64,000 nt of DNA from IMG/VR virus record IMGVR_UViG_3300046808_001035. The stretch is one strand, 5' to 3'. The notes beneath the pieces were generated by a model that was given only the letters and a program-made list of their open reading frames with translations, searched no databases and was not told where the DNA came from. The translations under genes and the position numbers were made by a program. Position 1 is the first letter of the stretch; every line of letters starts with the position of its first letter. Source of the stretch: a virus. Positions 29,742-39,535 of the stretch are shown here, one piece after another.

Positions 29742-30080
29742 CTAAAAATTATGATACTCAGGGTTAGTTTGTGCCGCACCTGGTACGTATAGCATAGTAT
29801 GCCCATTATGAATAGACCTAGCGTCGTGAACCATAATATTTATAGGCATCTCACCAAAAGCATGAGTGTGCTGTGCTAATCCCTTGAAGATGCCATAGCC
29901 TTCATCAGGTTGGCTAGACTTGGTTATTTTGGCGGGTTCATCAAAACCATGGATGCTTTTAACAGGCTTTTTCTGAGCTAGGCGTGCGCGTATTTTCCTA
30001 AGTCCTGATTTATTAACTTTCAAGACTCTGATGGCATCTATTACACCTCCAGCTGACTGTTGTAATCCAGATTCTTCCAT
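29742..30080 (-). CDS. Hypothetical protein (neck region)
   Basis: 112-aa ORF overlapping the neighbour by 1 nt. Confidence 0.5.
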   Translation of the reverse strand: MEESGLQQSAGGVIDAIRVLKVNKSGLRKIRARLAQKKPVKSIHGFDEPAKITKSSQPDEGYGIFKGLAQHTHAFGEMPINIMVHDARSIHNGHTMLYVPGAAQTNPEYHNF

Positions 30081-30526
30081 TAGTATCTACGTCTGTAAAT
30101 ATATTCAGAGTGTTTAACTCCGTAAATTTGTGAAATATTCTGATTCATCTTTATCTGCTGCCCTAACTCTTTGAAGTCTTGCTGTAGGTTTTGGGCAAGC
30201 GACATAAATATCTGGGCCTTGTCTTTATCGTTAACCTGTATACCGTCAGCAGAATATGTTAACTGGTTGGCTGCCTCATTAATAGCTCCTGACCTAAGCA
30301 GATAAGCAGCTGTGCCTAGTAAGAGTAGAGATCTGTACGGAAATGACTCGATAGAGTACATGATACCTGTAGGAGGGTTCATCAGGTTGTAGTAATCTAC
30401 CGTATTGATCATTGCCTGCTCGATCATCTCAGGCGTAAATCTGATTCCTAGCAAAAGAGGGTTGAGTTCTTCTCTATCCTGAAGGAAGAGCCTAACTTCT
30501 TCGCTTGTTAAAATTGGGGCAGCCAT
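30080..30526 (-). CDS. Head-tail adaptor (neck) protein
   Basis: 148 aa helical; VRLFLQD....N.LL, LLLLGTAAYLL, NQLTYSADGI; position after the capsid gene. Confidence 0.65.
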   Translation of the reverse strand: MAAPILTSEEVRLFLQDREELNPLLLGIRFTPEMIEQAMINTVDYYNLMNPPTGIMYSIESFPYRSLLLLGTAAYLLRSGAINEAANQLTYSADGIQVNDKDKAQIFMSLAQNLQQDFKELGQQIKMNQNISQIYGVKHSEYIYRRRY

Positions 30527-30530
30527 AAGG

Positions 30531-30806
30531 TTATTTGAAAGAGTTAAAAGTCATTTTTTTAGGTGACGCATTAGACGTAGGGACCTTGCTTAAGGGCTGA
30601 GACATTTGAGGTGCAGCCTGCGTACTGATAGCATTTGTTTCGTTTACTCTAGCTACTGGCTGTCCTGCCGCTGGAGCAGAGCTAACTTGTCCCGACTGTT
30701 CTGTAGACTCGCCTGTAGTCAACCCTGTGTGAGGAGCGTTCATAGCGACCGCAGACTTTTCAATAAAAGCTGCGAACTCACTAAGAATATTTTCGAAGTT
30801 ATTCAT
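30531..30806 (-). CDS. Small putative head protein with KxA site
   Basis: 91 aa; FAAFIEKSA then low-complexity tail. Confidence 0.55.
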   Translation of the reverse strand: MNNFENILSEFAAFIEKSAVAMNAPHTGLTTGESTEQSGQVSSAPAAGQPVARVNETNAISTQAAPQMSQPLSKVPTSNASPKKMTFNSFK

Positions 30807-30812
30807 AGATAA

Positions 30813-30840
30813 ATTATACCGTATTTATTGACTATATCAA
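30813..30840 (-). promoter_or_regulatory. sigma70-like promoter TTGATA-16-TATAAT, leaderless
   Basis: -10 box 6 nt upstream of the ATG at 30806. Confidence 0.65.
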
Positions 30841-30856
30841 GAGACATATAGAAAAC

Positions 30857-30883
30857 AAAAAAGGGACCCGAAGGTCCCTTTTT
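30857..30883 (-). terminator. Intrinsic terminator after the major capsid gene
   Basis: GGGACC-TTCG-GGTCCC stem-loop flanked by A and T tracts on both sides. Confidence 0.9.
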
Positions 30884-30909
30884 CTAACGCTACGCTAATT
30901 GTTGGTGTA

Positions 30910-31869
30910 TTAACCGTTGAAGTCGACTTTCACAACACCCTTCACGTTGCCGATGGCAAGCGAGAGGTTCATGTACTGGAAGTACTCAAGGAAGTAAGCT
31001 TCGTTCTTCATGAACACTGTGAGAGGCTGTAGTCTGTAGTACTTGCCGAAGAACTCTTCGGAAGAGAACAGATAGATAACGCCGTCAGGGACGAGGTCAC
31101 GCTTGATTGTGTAGATAGGCTTCACACCCAAGAGAGTCTTGGAAGGAAGGCCATTAACGAACATATCCTGTGCGAGGTCGCCACCAACTTCAGAGCGGCT
31201 CATCTTGACGAAGTCGTCTGCTGTAACATTGTTCATCAACATCACTCCTTTGGTTTCTCCACCATCAGGCTGAGAAGGACCGAAAGGAACACGGAGACGC
31301 TTAATAACCTTAAACGCTTCAGCCATGTTTTCACGAGTGATACCTCCAGAAATAGTGACATTCTGTGGAAGCCCAAGGCCATTCAATGGGTTAGCTGTAT
31401 TAACAGCTCCGATGATGCTATCGACACGAGTCATGAAACGTGTGTCGATTTCAGTAGCAATGTCCTTTGTAGACAACTCGAGCATGATTGCACGAATGTC
31501 GTAATCATACCCACGAAGCTGGTCGATGTCCTTGTTGTACTTAGGGCTCGTGATACGAGTGAAGTAGGAAGGATAACGAGTACCAGCGAACTGGAACATG
31601 TCAGGCACAACTCCGAGAGGGATTGTGACAGCAGGAGCAGTATCAGGTTCACGGTCGTTCCACTTAACAAGTAACTCAGGATTCTCGGCCTTGTCGAGGT
31701 CATCATTGCTGATGTCGATAGGGGTAATGATCTTTTCTGTGAAGCTTTCTTCACGAAGCTTGTTACGAGTAAAAGACTGCATACTGACAGCTGCCTTCTT
31801 TTCTTCACCAGCCTTCACCATCTCAAGGAAGGTGTCGTTGAACACTTTTTGGTTTGCGATTTTTTCCAT
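30910..31869 (-). CDS. Major capsid protein (HK97 fold)
   Basis: 319 aa; RNKLREESFTEKIITP, RITSPKYNKDIDQLRGYDYDI...KDIATEIDTRFM spine helix, LLGVKPIYTIKRDLVPDG; strongly C-ending codons; strong terminator; follows decoration and protease genes. Confidence 0.85.
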   Translation of the reverse strand: MEKIANQKVFNDTFLEMVKAGEEKKAAVSMQSFTRNKLREESFTEKIITPIDISNDDLDKAENPELLVKWNDREPDTAPAVTIPLGVVPDMFQFAGTRYPSYFTRITSPKYNKDIDQLRGYDYDIRAIMLELSTKDIATEIDTRFMTRVDSIIGAVNTANPLNGLGLPQNVTISGGITRENMAEAFKVIKRLRVPFGPSQPDGGETKGVMLMNNVTADDFVKMSRSEVGGDLAQDMFVNGLPSKTLLGVKPIYTIKRDLVPDGVIYLFSSEEFFGKYYRLQPLTVFMKNEAYFLEYFQYMNLSLAIGNVKGVVKVDFNG

Positions 31870-31893
31870 ATAGTTATTTTGTTACTGGTTTAA

Positions 31894-32397
31894 TTAGACA
31901 GCGAGCTTAATTCCCAACACAGTGGTGTTAGTAGGATATGTGAATGTACGCCCAGCAATATCGGTGGAAGCAGCGCGTCCGGGTAGTTCGCGAGACCCTT
32001 CAACATATCCGATAACCTTGTCGGATGTAGCTACAGCGTTGTTTGTAACTGTGAGAGGTTTGATCTTGCCATCTGTTCCAACGGAAACAGGGGCACCTAC
32101 AGCGTAATCTCCAATAACGCCTGTGAACTGGTCAGTTTCGATAACAGACATACCATCGAGAGCGTAAACTCCAATGGCTCCTGCTTCGATAACATCTCCA
32201 GCGTCTTGACTGTTGATGGCGAATCCATACTCCGCATTGATTGGGGCTGGATTTGCGGAAGCGCCTTTCTTCCATGTACCAAAAGCGGTGTCGAAACGCA
32301 CCACCATACCGGCAACGATACCTTGACCTGCAGCAGGCTTACCAACGTAGTTAACTTGGTGTAAGCTCAGAGCAGGACCTTTTTTGAAATTAATCAT
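31894..32397 (-). CDS. Capsid decoration/cement protein
   Basis: 167 aa directly upstream of MCP; ETDQF...YAVGAPVSVGTDGKI...VIGYV pattern; AGGAG SD. Confidence 0.65.
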   Translation of the reverse strand: MINFKKGPALSLHQVNYVGKPAAGQGIVAGMVVRFDTAFGTWKKGASANPAPINAEYGFAINSQDAGDVIEAGAIGVYALDGMSVIETDQFTGVIGDYAVGAPVSVGTDGKIKPLTVTNNAVATSDKVIGYVEGSRELPGRAASTDIAGRTFTYPTNTTVLGIKLAV

Positions 32398-32506
32398 AAT
32401 GTTCTCCTTTTGTTTGTTTTGTTGTTTGTTTGTTGTCTCTTCGCATTTACACCCCGAACGCCGATCAAGGCTTTTTCAGCAATGTGTCTATCGAAAGTTA
32501 TATGCA

Positions 32507-32535
32507 ATTATTATAAAAAATAATAGCGAGGTCAA
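32507..32535 (-). promoter_or_regulatory. sigma70-like promoter of the capsid operon (TTGACC; AATAAT at 17 nt or TATAAT at 14 nt)
   Basis: Intergenic, AT-rich upstream, ~100-nt leader to ATG 32397. Confidence 0.55.
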
Positions 32536-32552
32536 CTAGATATTTAAATATT

Positions 32553-32708
32553 TTAATCTACATCAACCATTTGATCTTCTGGGAAATCTATCGAAGTGTC
32601 CGCAGCCAACTTCATCATTAGCTCAAGAGCTTCGGGCTGTGACAACCCTTCGTCTGAGGCTGCTTTAATAAATCCTTCAATATAGGCCACCAGTTCAGAT
32701 TCAGTCAT
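32553..32708 (-). CDS. Small protein (51 aa) consisting of GF-helix plus KLA motif
   Basis: Below the track cutoff; MTESELVAYIEGFIKAASDEGLSQPEALELMMKLAADTSIDFPEDQMVDVD*; motif shared with neighbouring proteins. Confidence 0.65.
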   Translation of the reverse strand: MTESELVAYIEGFIKAASDEGLSQPEALELMMKLAADTSIDFPEDQMVDVD

Positions 32709-32717
32709 AAGTTTATT

Positions 32718-33107
32718 CTAGTCGTCGAGTAAGTTGTCGTAACTGCTGTATCCAAAAGCCCTACGCATGACTGGGTCATCTGTTTGTGGGGCTGTTTTAA
32801 CTGAAGCTACCTTGCCCATGTATGAAACGTCTGCAGCCACGCAAACTTTTTCTACAACCTTAGCGAGGTACTTAACATCTTCTTGAGCCTTTTTGACGAA
32901 GAGCGCTTTTTCTTCCTCGTCGTTAATAAAGTCTGAGTTATACATCGCTTGTGCAGCCTTTTTTAGGGCAGCCTCAAACTCACTATGCTGTACCTGAACA
33001 GCTGCCTTTTTAACTTGCTCTGCTTGTAGTTGCTGCTTGAGCTCGGCGATTTCGGCAAGGGCAACTTTTACAAACTGTTCAATCTTATGTAGCGCTTGCT
33101 TCGTCAT
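32718..33107 (-). CDS. Coiled-coil head protein, scaffold-like
   Basis: 129 aa with several KxA motifs (TKQA, VKKA, GKVA, VKTA). Confidence 0.6.
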   Translation of the reverse strand: MTKQALHKIEQFVKVALAEIAELKQQLQAEQVKKAAVQVQHSEFEAALKKAAQAMYNSDFINDEEEKALFVKKAQEDVKYLAKVVEKVCVAADVSYMGKVASVKTAPQTDDPVMRRAFGYSSYDNLLDD

Positions 33108-33243
33108 GATTTATTTGCTCGAGGGTTAAAAGACTTGCGATGTACTTGAGTACTTTTTCTTTATCTTTATCGCTTAAATGGTTTAGTGCGTGGATAGCCT
33201 GCTCCTCTACAGGGGATTTAGCTTCTTCGAGAGGAGCAGGCAT
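33085..33243 (-). CDS. Small hypothetical protein (52 aa)
   Basis: MPAPLEEAKSPVEEQAIHALNHLSDKDKEKVLKYIASLLTLEQINHDEASAT* fills the gap between ORFs. Confidence 0.5.
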   Translation of the reverse strand: MPAPLEEAKSPVEEQAIHALNHLSDKDKEKVLKYIASLLTLEQINHDEASAT

Positions 33244-33254
33244 AATGAAACCAA

Positions 33255-34154
33255 TTAAACGGCAGGAACGATCTCAGACTTAAGCTTGCTGAGTACCATT
33301 TCTGCCACAGACTCGGCTAGCTTGACTTGCTGCTCCTGAGCTTGAGCTTCCACAAATTGGGCATACTGAGTTTCTTCAGCTTGCTTGATGTAGGCTTCAT
33401 ATTCGGCGAGCTTAGCCTGGAGTTGCTGGTTTTGCTGCATAGCTTCGTTATAAGCGGCCTGCTTCATTAAATTGTCGAAGTCTTCAGCACCCTGAAACTC
33501 TGCCTGCTTTTCTTGAGCTTCTGCAGCTTCAAGGTTTTCGGCAGCTTCAGCAATCATAAGGTCGAAGTCGCGACGACCTGCTTCTTTCATGAGCTCAAGC
33601 TCGTCAGGAGCTTGCTGCTCTGCAGCAGTCTTGAGCAGGGCAGCACAAAATTGGCGTCCGAGCTCATAAGAAGCAACTTTTGCTGCTAATTCCTCAACTT
33701 CAGCTTTCTTTGCAGACGCAAGGGGCTTAGAGCTGTCAGTCGAAGGCTTTTGCTCATAGTCCTGAGAATTGCTTTCAGGCTTAACCTTGTTCTTGTCAGT
33801 CTTGTGCTCGTCTGTACTTTCAGATTTAACGTCTCCAGGTTTGCCTGTGACGGTATCTTGAGCTTCAGCCTGCTTACGGATGATATCGAGAATTTCAGTA
33901 CCGAGGTCGTTGGCTGTCTTGGACCCGGCGAGGGGTTCCGCAGAATCTTCAGAAGGTTTTTGATGATATCCTTGAGCGACGTTTTCAGGTCCTACAGAGT
34001 TTTTGTTAGTTGTGTCGTGTTCACTACCGACACTAACACTCTTAACATCTCCGCCTGGTTTACCTGAGATATTTTTTTGAGCTTCTTCAGCTTGCTTCTT
34101 CACCATAGAGTGGAGCTGTTCAAGAACTTCTGCGTGTTTAGTTAGTTTGGCCAT
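33255..34154 (-). CDS. Putative prohead scaffold/core protein
   Basis: 299 aa, charged and helical, internal duplication (KQAE..Q....GKPG.DVKS...YxQKPS.DS..PLA..K.A twice), more than 10 KxA motifs; between protease and MCP. Confidence 0.6.
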   Translation of the reverse strand: MAKLTKHAEVLEQLHSMVKKQAEEAQKNISGKPGGDVKSVSVGSEHDTTNKNSVGPENVAQGYHQKPSEDSAEPLAGSKTANDLGTEILDIIRKQAEAQDTVTGKPGDVKSESTDEHKTDKNKVKPESNSQDYEQKPSTDSSKPLASAKKAEVEELAAKVASYELGRQFCAALLKTAAEQQAPDELELMKEAGRRDFDLMIAEAAENLEAAEAQEKQAEFQGAEDFDNLMKQAAYNEAMQQNQQLQAKLAEYEAYIKQAEETQYAQFVEAQAQEQQVKLAESVAEMVLSKLKSEIVPAV

Positions 34155-34181
34155 ATGTTTTAGTGGTTACTGATTGTTTTG

Positions 34182-34210
34182 ATTTTATTTAGGTTTTACA
34201 CTAATGTAAA
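34182..34210 (-). promoter_or_regulatory. sigma70-like promoter TTTACA-17-TAAAAT
   Basis: Intergenic boxes with 17-nt spacer. Confidence 0.65.
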
Positions 34211-34217
34211 TAATTAT

Positions 34218-36029
34218 TTAGCGGTAGTATGGATATTGCTGAGGATTTTCTGGGTGGTCCTGTAACCCTGCATATAGCCCTGCACCACCAACCCCCGTGA
34301 CAAGAGCTGCGCTAAGTGGATTTTCTGACGCAAATCGGCCTGCAGCACCTAGCTGGGCCGCGAGTCTGTGCTTTAGTCCTGGAGGGAGAGGACCTATAGG
34401 TGTGTCTAAAGAATGATTAAGTGTGTTTTCAAAAGATGTAGCCTGCGAAGGGTCTGCCATCTCTACTGCTTTTTGTCGTAAATCTTTTTGCTTTTTTGAC
34501 TCTGCGTTTGGTGGAGGTGTAGCTCTGCTTCTGTTACTTGCATGTACTCGCTCTGCCGCTTCTCTCTCTACTCGATTGATTAACTCCTGCTCTGCAGGGC
34601 TACGATGGTGCGATGGTCTTCTGCGAGCTTCTTCATACATCAGCTCTTCTTCAATAGAAGAAAAAGTAGAAGCTTTTGCCTTGCCTGCCCCTTTAGGGGC
34701 TTCGCTTGCCTGGGCTGCAGAAGCTGCAGGGTTAGGTGTGACTTTAGGTGCTGCGGTAGGCGGTGGGATGTCTTTTGGATATCTCGCGCTGGCTGCCTCA
34801 TACGCAGACGGAGCTTTGCCAGATCTGGGTACTTTAGTCCTAGTGAATGCTCCTTTAGCTTTGCTTCCTGAAGACACGGCCTTATTTATAAGTCGAGATC
34901 TGACTCCTGCGTCTTTAATTAAGTCTGCTAGTTTCAAAGCTGCCGAATCCTCAGGAGATAGTCCTACGTAATTTTCAACTAACGAAGACTGCTTTTTAAG
35001 AAAAGCTTTACCTCCAGACTCATCATAGTGAATACCCTTTCCTGTAGTTTTGGGTTCAAAAACACTACGCTTGGGTTTATTTTTACTTGTACCTAATTCT
35101 TTAAATAAGTCTTTAGCTTTCTCAGCAGGTACAGTGATAGTGTTTTTAGCTTTTTCGACTACGTCTTTAACAGCCCTCACAGGTTTTGTTTCTTTAAGAA
35201 ACCTGCCAAGGTTCTTAGCCGCGTCACGAAGACCTGCTTGCTTAGCGAAGTCTAACGCCTGGTCTAGTGTAAGTCCATATTCGTGTGCACTGTCAATAAA
35301 CCCCTGATAATAGGCAGCTTTCTTGACTTCATCTAAAGGTTCTTCACCTTTTTCATGCTCTAGCTTTTCTTCTTCAGGGGTTTCAGACTCTTCATGTTTT
35401 TTTTTAGCTTCTGCGTCTTTAACCAGCTCTAAAACATTAATTAATACACGGTCGTATAAGTCTACAGCCTTCTTGATTGTGACGCCTTCTGATGTAGCTT
35501 GAGATAAGAATCCTTCAATATACTCAGCAGTTTTAAATATTTCCAAAGCTGCGAGTTTTTCTGGAGAAGCCTCTGGTACGGTAGCGTCAGGGTTTTGTGT
35601 TAAATGCTCTTGAATCGCTTGTGCCAGAGCTGCTGTGTTGCCTGAGTCTTCTTCTCCTGGAGTTTGAATGTCCTCGGACAGCTCTGTAGCTAACTGTTCA
35701 ATTTGCTCAGGGGTAAGTTGAGAAAGTAACTGCTCCACAGCCAAGTCGTCATGGACTTGCTCCTCAGGGTGCTCAATAGCTTCGGCTTCAGGAGCTTCTA
35801 ATTGCTCGTGCTCTGGCTCTTCGGCAGGAGCTAAAGCTTCTTCTTCTAAAGGATGCTGCTCAAGGTTAGGGTCTTCACTGGCTGTATCTTGGTGCTCTAA
35901 AAGTTCCTCTTCAGGAGTTTCTAACTGCTCATGAGCCTGCTCATCTGCTGGAGACATCTCCATTTCTGCAGTCTCCGCAAGCTTAAGCAGGTACTCAGCA
36001 GCTAATTTAATTTTAGGAATTTTTGGCAT
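34218..36029 (-). CDS. Putative internal head protein (acidic N-terminus, two GF helices, hydrophobic C-terminus)
   Basis: 603 aa; HE..ETPEEE.LEH repeats; many KxA motifs. Confidence 0.55.
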   Translation of the reverse strand: MPKIPKIKLAAEYLLKLAETAEMEMSPADEQAHEQLETPEEELLEHQDTASEDPNLEQHPLEEEALAPAEEPEHEQLEAPEAEAIEHPEEQVHDDLAVEQLLSQLTPEQIEQLATELSEDIQTPGEEDSGNTAALAQAIQEHLTQNPDATVPEASPEKLAALEIFKTAEYIEGFLSQATSEGVTIKKAVDLYDRVLINVLELVKDAEAKKKHEESETPEEEKLEHEKGEEPLDEVKKAAYYQGFIDSAHEYGLTLDQALDFAKQAGLRDAAKNLGRFLKETKPVRAVKDVVEKAKNTITVPAEKAKDLFKELGTSKNKPKRSVFEPKTTGKGIHYDESGGKAFLKKQSSLVENYVGLSPEDSAALKLADLIKDAGVRSRLINKAVSSGSKAKGAFTRTKVPRSGKAPSAYEAASARYPKDIPPPTAAPKVTPNPAASAAQASEAPKGAGKAKASTFSSIEEELMYEEARRRPSHHRSPAEQELINRVEREAAERVHASNRSRATPPPNAESKKQKDLRQKAVEMADPSQATSFENTLNHSLDTPIGPLPPGLKHRLAAQLGAAGRFASENPLSAALVTGVGGAGLYAGLQDHPENPQQYPYYR

Positions 36030-36038
36030 ATCTTTTTA

Positions 36039-36067
36039 ATCTTATATGAATTCTTGAATTACTCCAA
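36039..36067 (-). promoter_or_regulatory. sigma70-like promoter TTGGAG-17-TAAGAT
   Basis: Intergenic, -10 box 9 nt from the ATG. Confidence 0.5.
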
Positions 36068-36073
36068 GAAATT

Positions 36074-37507
36074 TTATCTGTTTTGTATTAAAGCGTTCAG
36101 CATTACGTCCTCGTCAAGTTTGTTACATTCGTCCAGATAGCGTAAGGCGGCTAGCTTGTAAGCGGCATATTGCTCTGCGAGTTCTTTAACAGAGGCTTCT
36201 TTTGAGGGTTGCTGTTTTTGCTCCTGTTTGTCTGTAGGTATTTTTTTAACGATTGTAATACGCATAATTCTATTATGCGCTGGAGCTTCAAATAATGAGT
36301 GATCGTCAAACAGGCGACTAACCATATTTAAAAGGTCTTTAGGTAACCCTACGGTTTCAGAAGGTTCATATTTGTCATTGTTGACAACATCGTCTCCGTC
36401 ATCGTCTAGTTTTGAAAAAATGGATGGAAGATGACTCTTAACCTTGGCGAAAAGGTTAGAAGCATTACCCAGCTTACCAGCTCCAAAAACATACTTAATA
36501 AAGTCTTCTGGAGAAAAAATGATGCCTTGATCTGCTAGAGCTTTTAAAAGTTTGGCTGGAGAATATTTTCTGAGTTCCTCTATAGTATTTTCCGAAATAC
36601 TGTCAGAATGCTTTAATTTGGCCTTATGTTCTGCAATAAACCTATCTTTACTGTCTTTAGGTTTGTTTGTCATTACAGCGTCTACGTGCTTTTCTAGCGC
36701 AGATAGCTTCTTGAGTAATTCTCGCTTTTCAGATGCATATTTACTGATTTCGAGATAATCATCCGGAGGGGCTACAAATCCTGGATAGATCGCTTTGTAA
36801 TCAAAAGCGGTCTTAATATAGTTATTGTCTGAAGCTAATTTGAGGCTCATACCAATGCGGTCTGCAGGCCTGCCAACTATAGAGAGCTCAAACCATTTTG
36901 GCTTAATATTATCCATACTGCACATCTCTCCACGCTTGTTGATTTCACCAAGCTCTTTTGGGATGTGCTTACACCTATGTCGGTCGTCTTTAGCTTCATA
37001 TCCACACCAAGTGCATTTATCGTAAGCCACCTTTGCGGCCATACTTACATTAATTTGCTTACCTTCTGCCAATTTTTGAATTTCTTCAGCACACTTGTCA
37101 TTATCTAAGCCAATAACCAGCTCAATACGCTTCATCTTATTGTTATAAGAAGCGGCTTTAATATTCCCGTATTTAGGGTCCTCAGGTTTATTTTTATGAT
37201 GTCTATTTAGAGCTCTACCATCATAAGAACCATCTCTTTTTTTACTGCCTGATTTAACAAAGGTCTGATAATTTTTAAGACATTCAGCTTCTTTAAAGAT
37301 GTCTCCGTTGCGGTTAGCTCCTGTACCTTCGTACGCTCCCAGAGCAATCACAAGAGCATCTGTTTGCCCTGCTGTTTTTTCAACCCGGAGTTCTGAGTTG
37401 TCTGCCCCGGCTTTAGTCAACGTATTAACATTATGTATAAGCTGCACAGGGTCTACATCCCAGTTCCAGTCTTGAGTAGCGCTAAATTTTATCAGTCCTT
37501 TGTGCAT
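36074..37507 (-). CDS. Prohead maturation protease (HK97/S78-like serine protease with Cys/His insert)
   Basis: GANRNGDIF, RHHKN (His), VSMAAKVAYDKCTWCG...CKH (Ser plus Zn-finger-like insert), WFELSIVGRPAD. Confidence 0.85.
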   Translation of the reverse strand: MHKGLIKFSATQDWNWDVDPVQLIHNVNTLTKAGADNSELRVEKTAGQTDALVIALGAYEGTGANRNGDIFKEAECLKNYQTFVKSGSKKRDGSYDGRALNRHHKNKPEDPKYGNIKAASYNNKMKRIELVIGLDNDKCAEEIQKLAEGKQINVSMAAKVAYDKCTWCGYEAKDDRHRCKHIPKELGEINKRGEMCSMDNIKPKWFELSIVGRPADRIGMSLKLASDNNYIKTAFDYKAIYPGFVAPPDDYLEISKYASEKRELLKKLSALEKHVDAVMTNKPKDSKDRFIAEHKAKLKHSDSISENTIEELRKYSPAKLLKALADQGIIFSPEDFIKYVFGAGKLGNASNLFAKVKSHLPSIFSKLDDDGDDVVNNDKYEPSETVGLPKDLLNMVSRLFDDHSLFEAPAHNRIMRITIVKKIPTDKQEQKQQPSKEASVKELAEQYAAYKLAALRYLDECNKLDEDVMLNALIQNR

Positions 37508-37511
37508 AAGA

Positions 37512-39155
37512 TTATCTAACCGAGTTTAAAGCCTCACTCCAATCAATATCTGTAGGATGGCTTATAGGTTGAGGTCTGACTGCTGGAGGTTCTTCATCTC
37601 TTGGAGGCTCAGGAGGAACTTCGAGCGGAATTTCAGGAGAGCTCTCCTCGAGTTGAGGTTGATGTCTCTGGAATTGCTGTTGTGGTCCGTACTGACTCGC
37701 GCGGTCGAAGTCTCCTCTGGCTTGCAGTAGCGTTTTTCTCCACTCATCCATTTTTTGCTTTGAGTGAGTTTGATTTTGTAACGCTTTAACCAGTGCGTAA
37801 AGCCCTGTTCCTCCAGCGGCAGCTGCAGCTCCTGCAGCTAACGGAAGCTTTGTGCGCTTCAGTAACCTACTCAGTCCTGCGTTTTGAAATGGTATGTTTT
37901 CAAGATCTCGCAATCCTGTTTCAGCAAAAGCTTTTGCCCCTGCACCTGGGGAATATTCTTCAGCAATTCGCTTCAAAATGTTCCTATTGTAGTGCGGATT
38001 AGCTTTGGTAAAATTAGAGGCTTCGGCTAAATCTGTAAACCCCTGCATGTGCGAAGGGGCTAGATTTTCTCTAGTGAACTTGTGTAATACGCCTTCGCTC
38101 GCGGTACCTGCTCCTGGAGCAGTGTGCATATCTTCTCCCCAATATTTCTTGAGTCCTCCAGAAGCTTTCGCTCTTTGTGTAGATTCATGAAAATTGGCAT
38201 AGTCTTCAAGCATTGCAGCGCCATTGGTCCTGTTGGCTTCAGCGAATAGTTTTTTAGGATCTTCGCCTCGCGCTACTAGCTCTTGGTATTTTGAGGCGTA
38301 ATCTGAAGCTTTTCCTCCAGAAGCATTGAGCTCGTCAATGAGTGCAAGCCTTGTTTCTGGGTCAGTTGTAAAATCTCCGAAAACACGAGAGATGTCTGCC
38401 CGCACAGGTCCTTCTTTCGGATTTAATAAATTCCTTGGGTGTGCAGGGTCTACACCATAATTACCTTTACGTGCGTCCTCTGAAGGACGAGTCATCTTAA
38501 GGTTTCTATATTTGTTGCGTAAATTAGATGCAGCACCTAAAGCGCCTGCCCCGAGCCCCAACTTGCCTGAGTTACCTAGGATATCTGTGCCTACAGCTGC
38601 AACAGGATGTTCGTCGTAGTACGTATTCCCTGTATTTTTCTTGAGACCTGTCATGTACTCGAGACCCACGAGGCCTTTTCTTACCTGCTCACGTAAAAGC
38701 CTGTCTTTTACTGCCTCCTCAGGAGAAAGGTTCTCTGCGTCACTTCTGCCAATTATAGGAGAAATTGCCTGATAAAGATCCGAGTCTAGCCCTGCTCGAG
38801 GGTCCTCTAAATCTCTAGAAAAGTTGGAAGCTGCGTATTTTTGGTTACTGCGCATTATTTTTGAGGCTTGCTGATATCTGTCAGCCATCTGCTTGCTCTG
38901 CAGTCTGGCGTCACGGGCAGCTTTTCGTTTTTGGTTGTATATATCAAGAGCCATACCTGCAGGTATTGAAAAGAGCGGATTGATCGCTCCTGACAGTGAG
39001 AGTGCTGCAGAGCCTGCATCTATACCCAAACCTACCATGTCCCCTTTACCGATATCTTTAGCCATATCATACGCAGACACAGCTCCACCCAAAACAGGCA
39101 ATGCTTTCCCTGCGGCGTGTGTTAATAGGCCTGAGGTTTTTCTTAAGTATTGCAT
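37512..39155 (-). CDS. Putative internal/ejection virion protein with Gly/Ala-rich hydrophobic helices
   Basis: 547 aa; LGLGAGALGAAS and LAAGAAAAAGGTGLYALV segments; KxA motifs. Confidence 0.5.
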   Translation of the reverse strand: MQYLRKTSGLLTHAAGKALPVLGGAVSAYDMAKDIGKGDMVGLGIDAGSAALSLSGAINPLFSIPAGMALDIYNQKRKAARDARLQSKQMADRYQQASKIMRSNQKYAASNFSRDLEDPRAGLDSDLYQAISPIIGRSDAENLSPEEAVKDRLLREQVRKGLVGLEYMTGLKKNTGNTYYDEHPVAAVGTDILGNSGKLGLGAGALGAASNLRNKYRNLKMTRPSEDARKGNYGVDPAHPRNLLNPKEGPVRADISRVFGDFTTDPETRLALIDELNASGGKASDYASKYQELVARGEDPKKLFAEANRTNGAAMLEDYANFHESTQRAKASGGLKKYWGEDMHTAPGAGTASEGVLHKFTRENLAPSHMQGFTDLAEASNFTKANPHYNRNILKRIAEEYSPGAGAKAFAETGLRDLENIPFQNAGLSRLLKRTKLPLAAGAAAAAGGTGLYALVKALQNQTHSKQKMDEWRKTLLQARGDFDRASQYGPQQQFQRHQPQLEESSPEIPLEVPPEPPRDEEPPAVRPQPISHPTDIDWSEALNSVR

Positions 39156-39156
39156 A

Positions 39157-39531
39157 CTAGATGTTCTCTACTTGTTCACCTGTGAATGTGTCTGACTTCG
39201 CTCTTAACGTGTCAAATGCCTCCGAGTAATTCGTGATAAAAGTTTCCTGAAACTTGAGAGCTTTAGCTTCTGTATCATCTTTATAAGCTTCAGATTTGCT
39301 GTCGAACTCCTGTGTATACGGTAAGTCTGATTTAATTCGAATATACTTTACTGGAAGAGTGTACGCATCACCTACGTCGGGAGTATAGGTTCCACCGATA
39401 TCTATTGACGGCTCACCAAACTTTCTAAGTAACTCTTTATCGCTTTCAGGAAGTTTTTCAGAGTCTAACGAAAAAGTAATTTTAAAAACATCGTTGTCGA
39501 TGAATCTTCTTATTTTAAGCAGTGCGGGCAT
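39157..39531 (-). CDS. Hypothetical protein
   Basis: 124-aa ORF in the operon. Confidence 0.6.
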   Translation of the reverse strand: MPALLKIRRFIDNDVFKITFSLDSEKLPESDKELLRKFGEPSIDIGGTYTPDVGDAYTLPVKYIRIKSDLPYTQEFDSKSEAYKDDTEAKALKFQETFITNYSEAFDTLRAKSDTFTGEQVENI

Positions 39532-39535
39532 AGTA

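Noticed and set aside
31431..32345. Overlapping alternative-frame ORFs within the capsid and decoration genes
   Set aside because: Explained by the strong codon bias of the main frame; products are Ser/Leu-rich with no recognisable motifs
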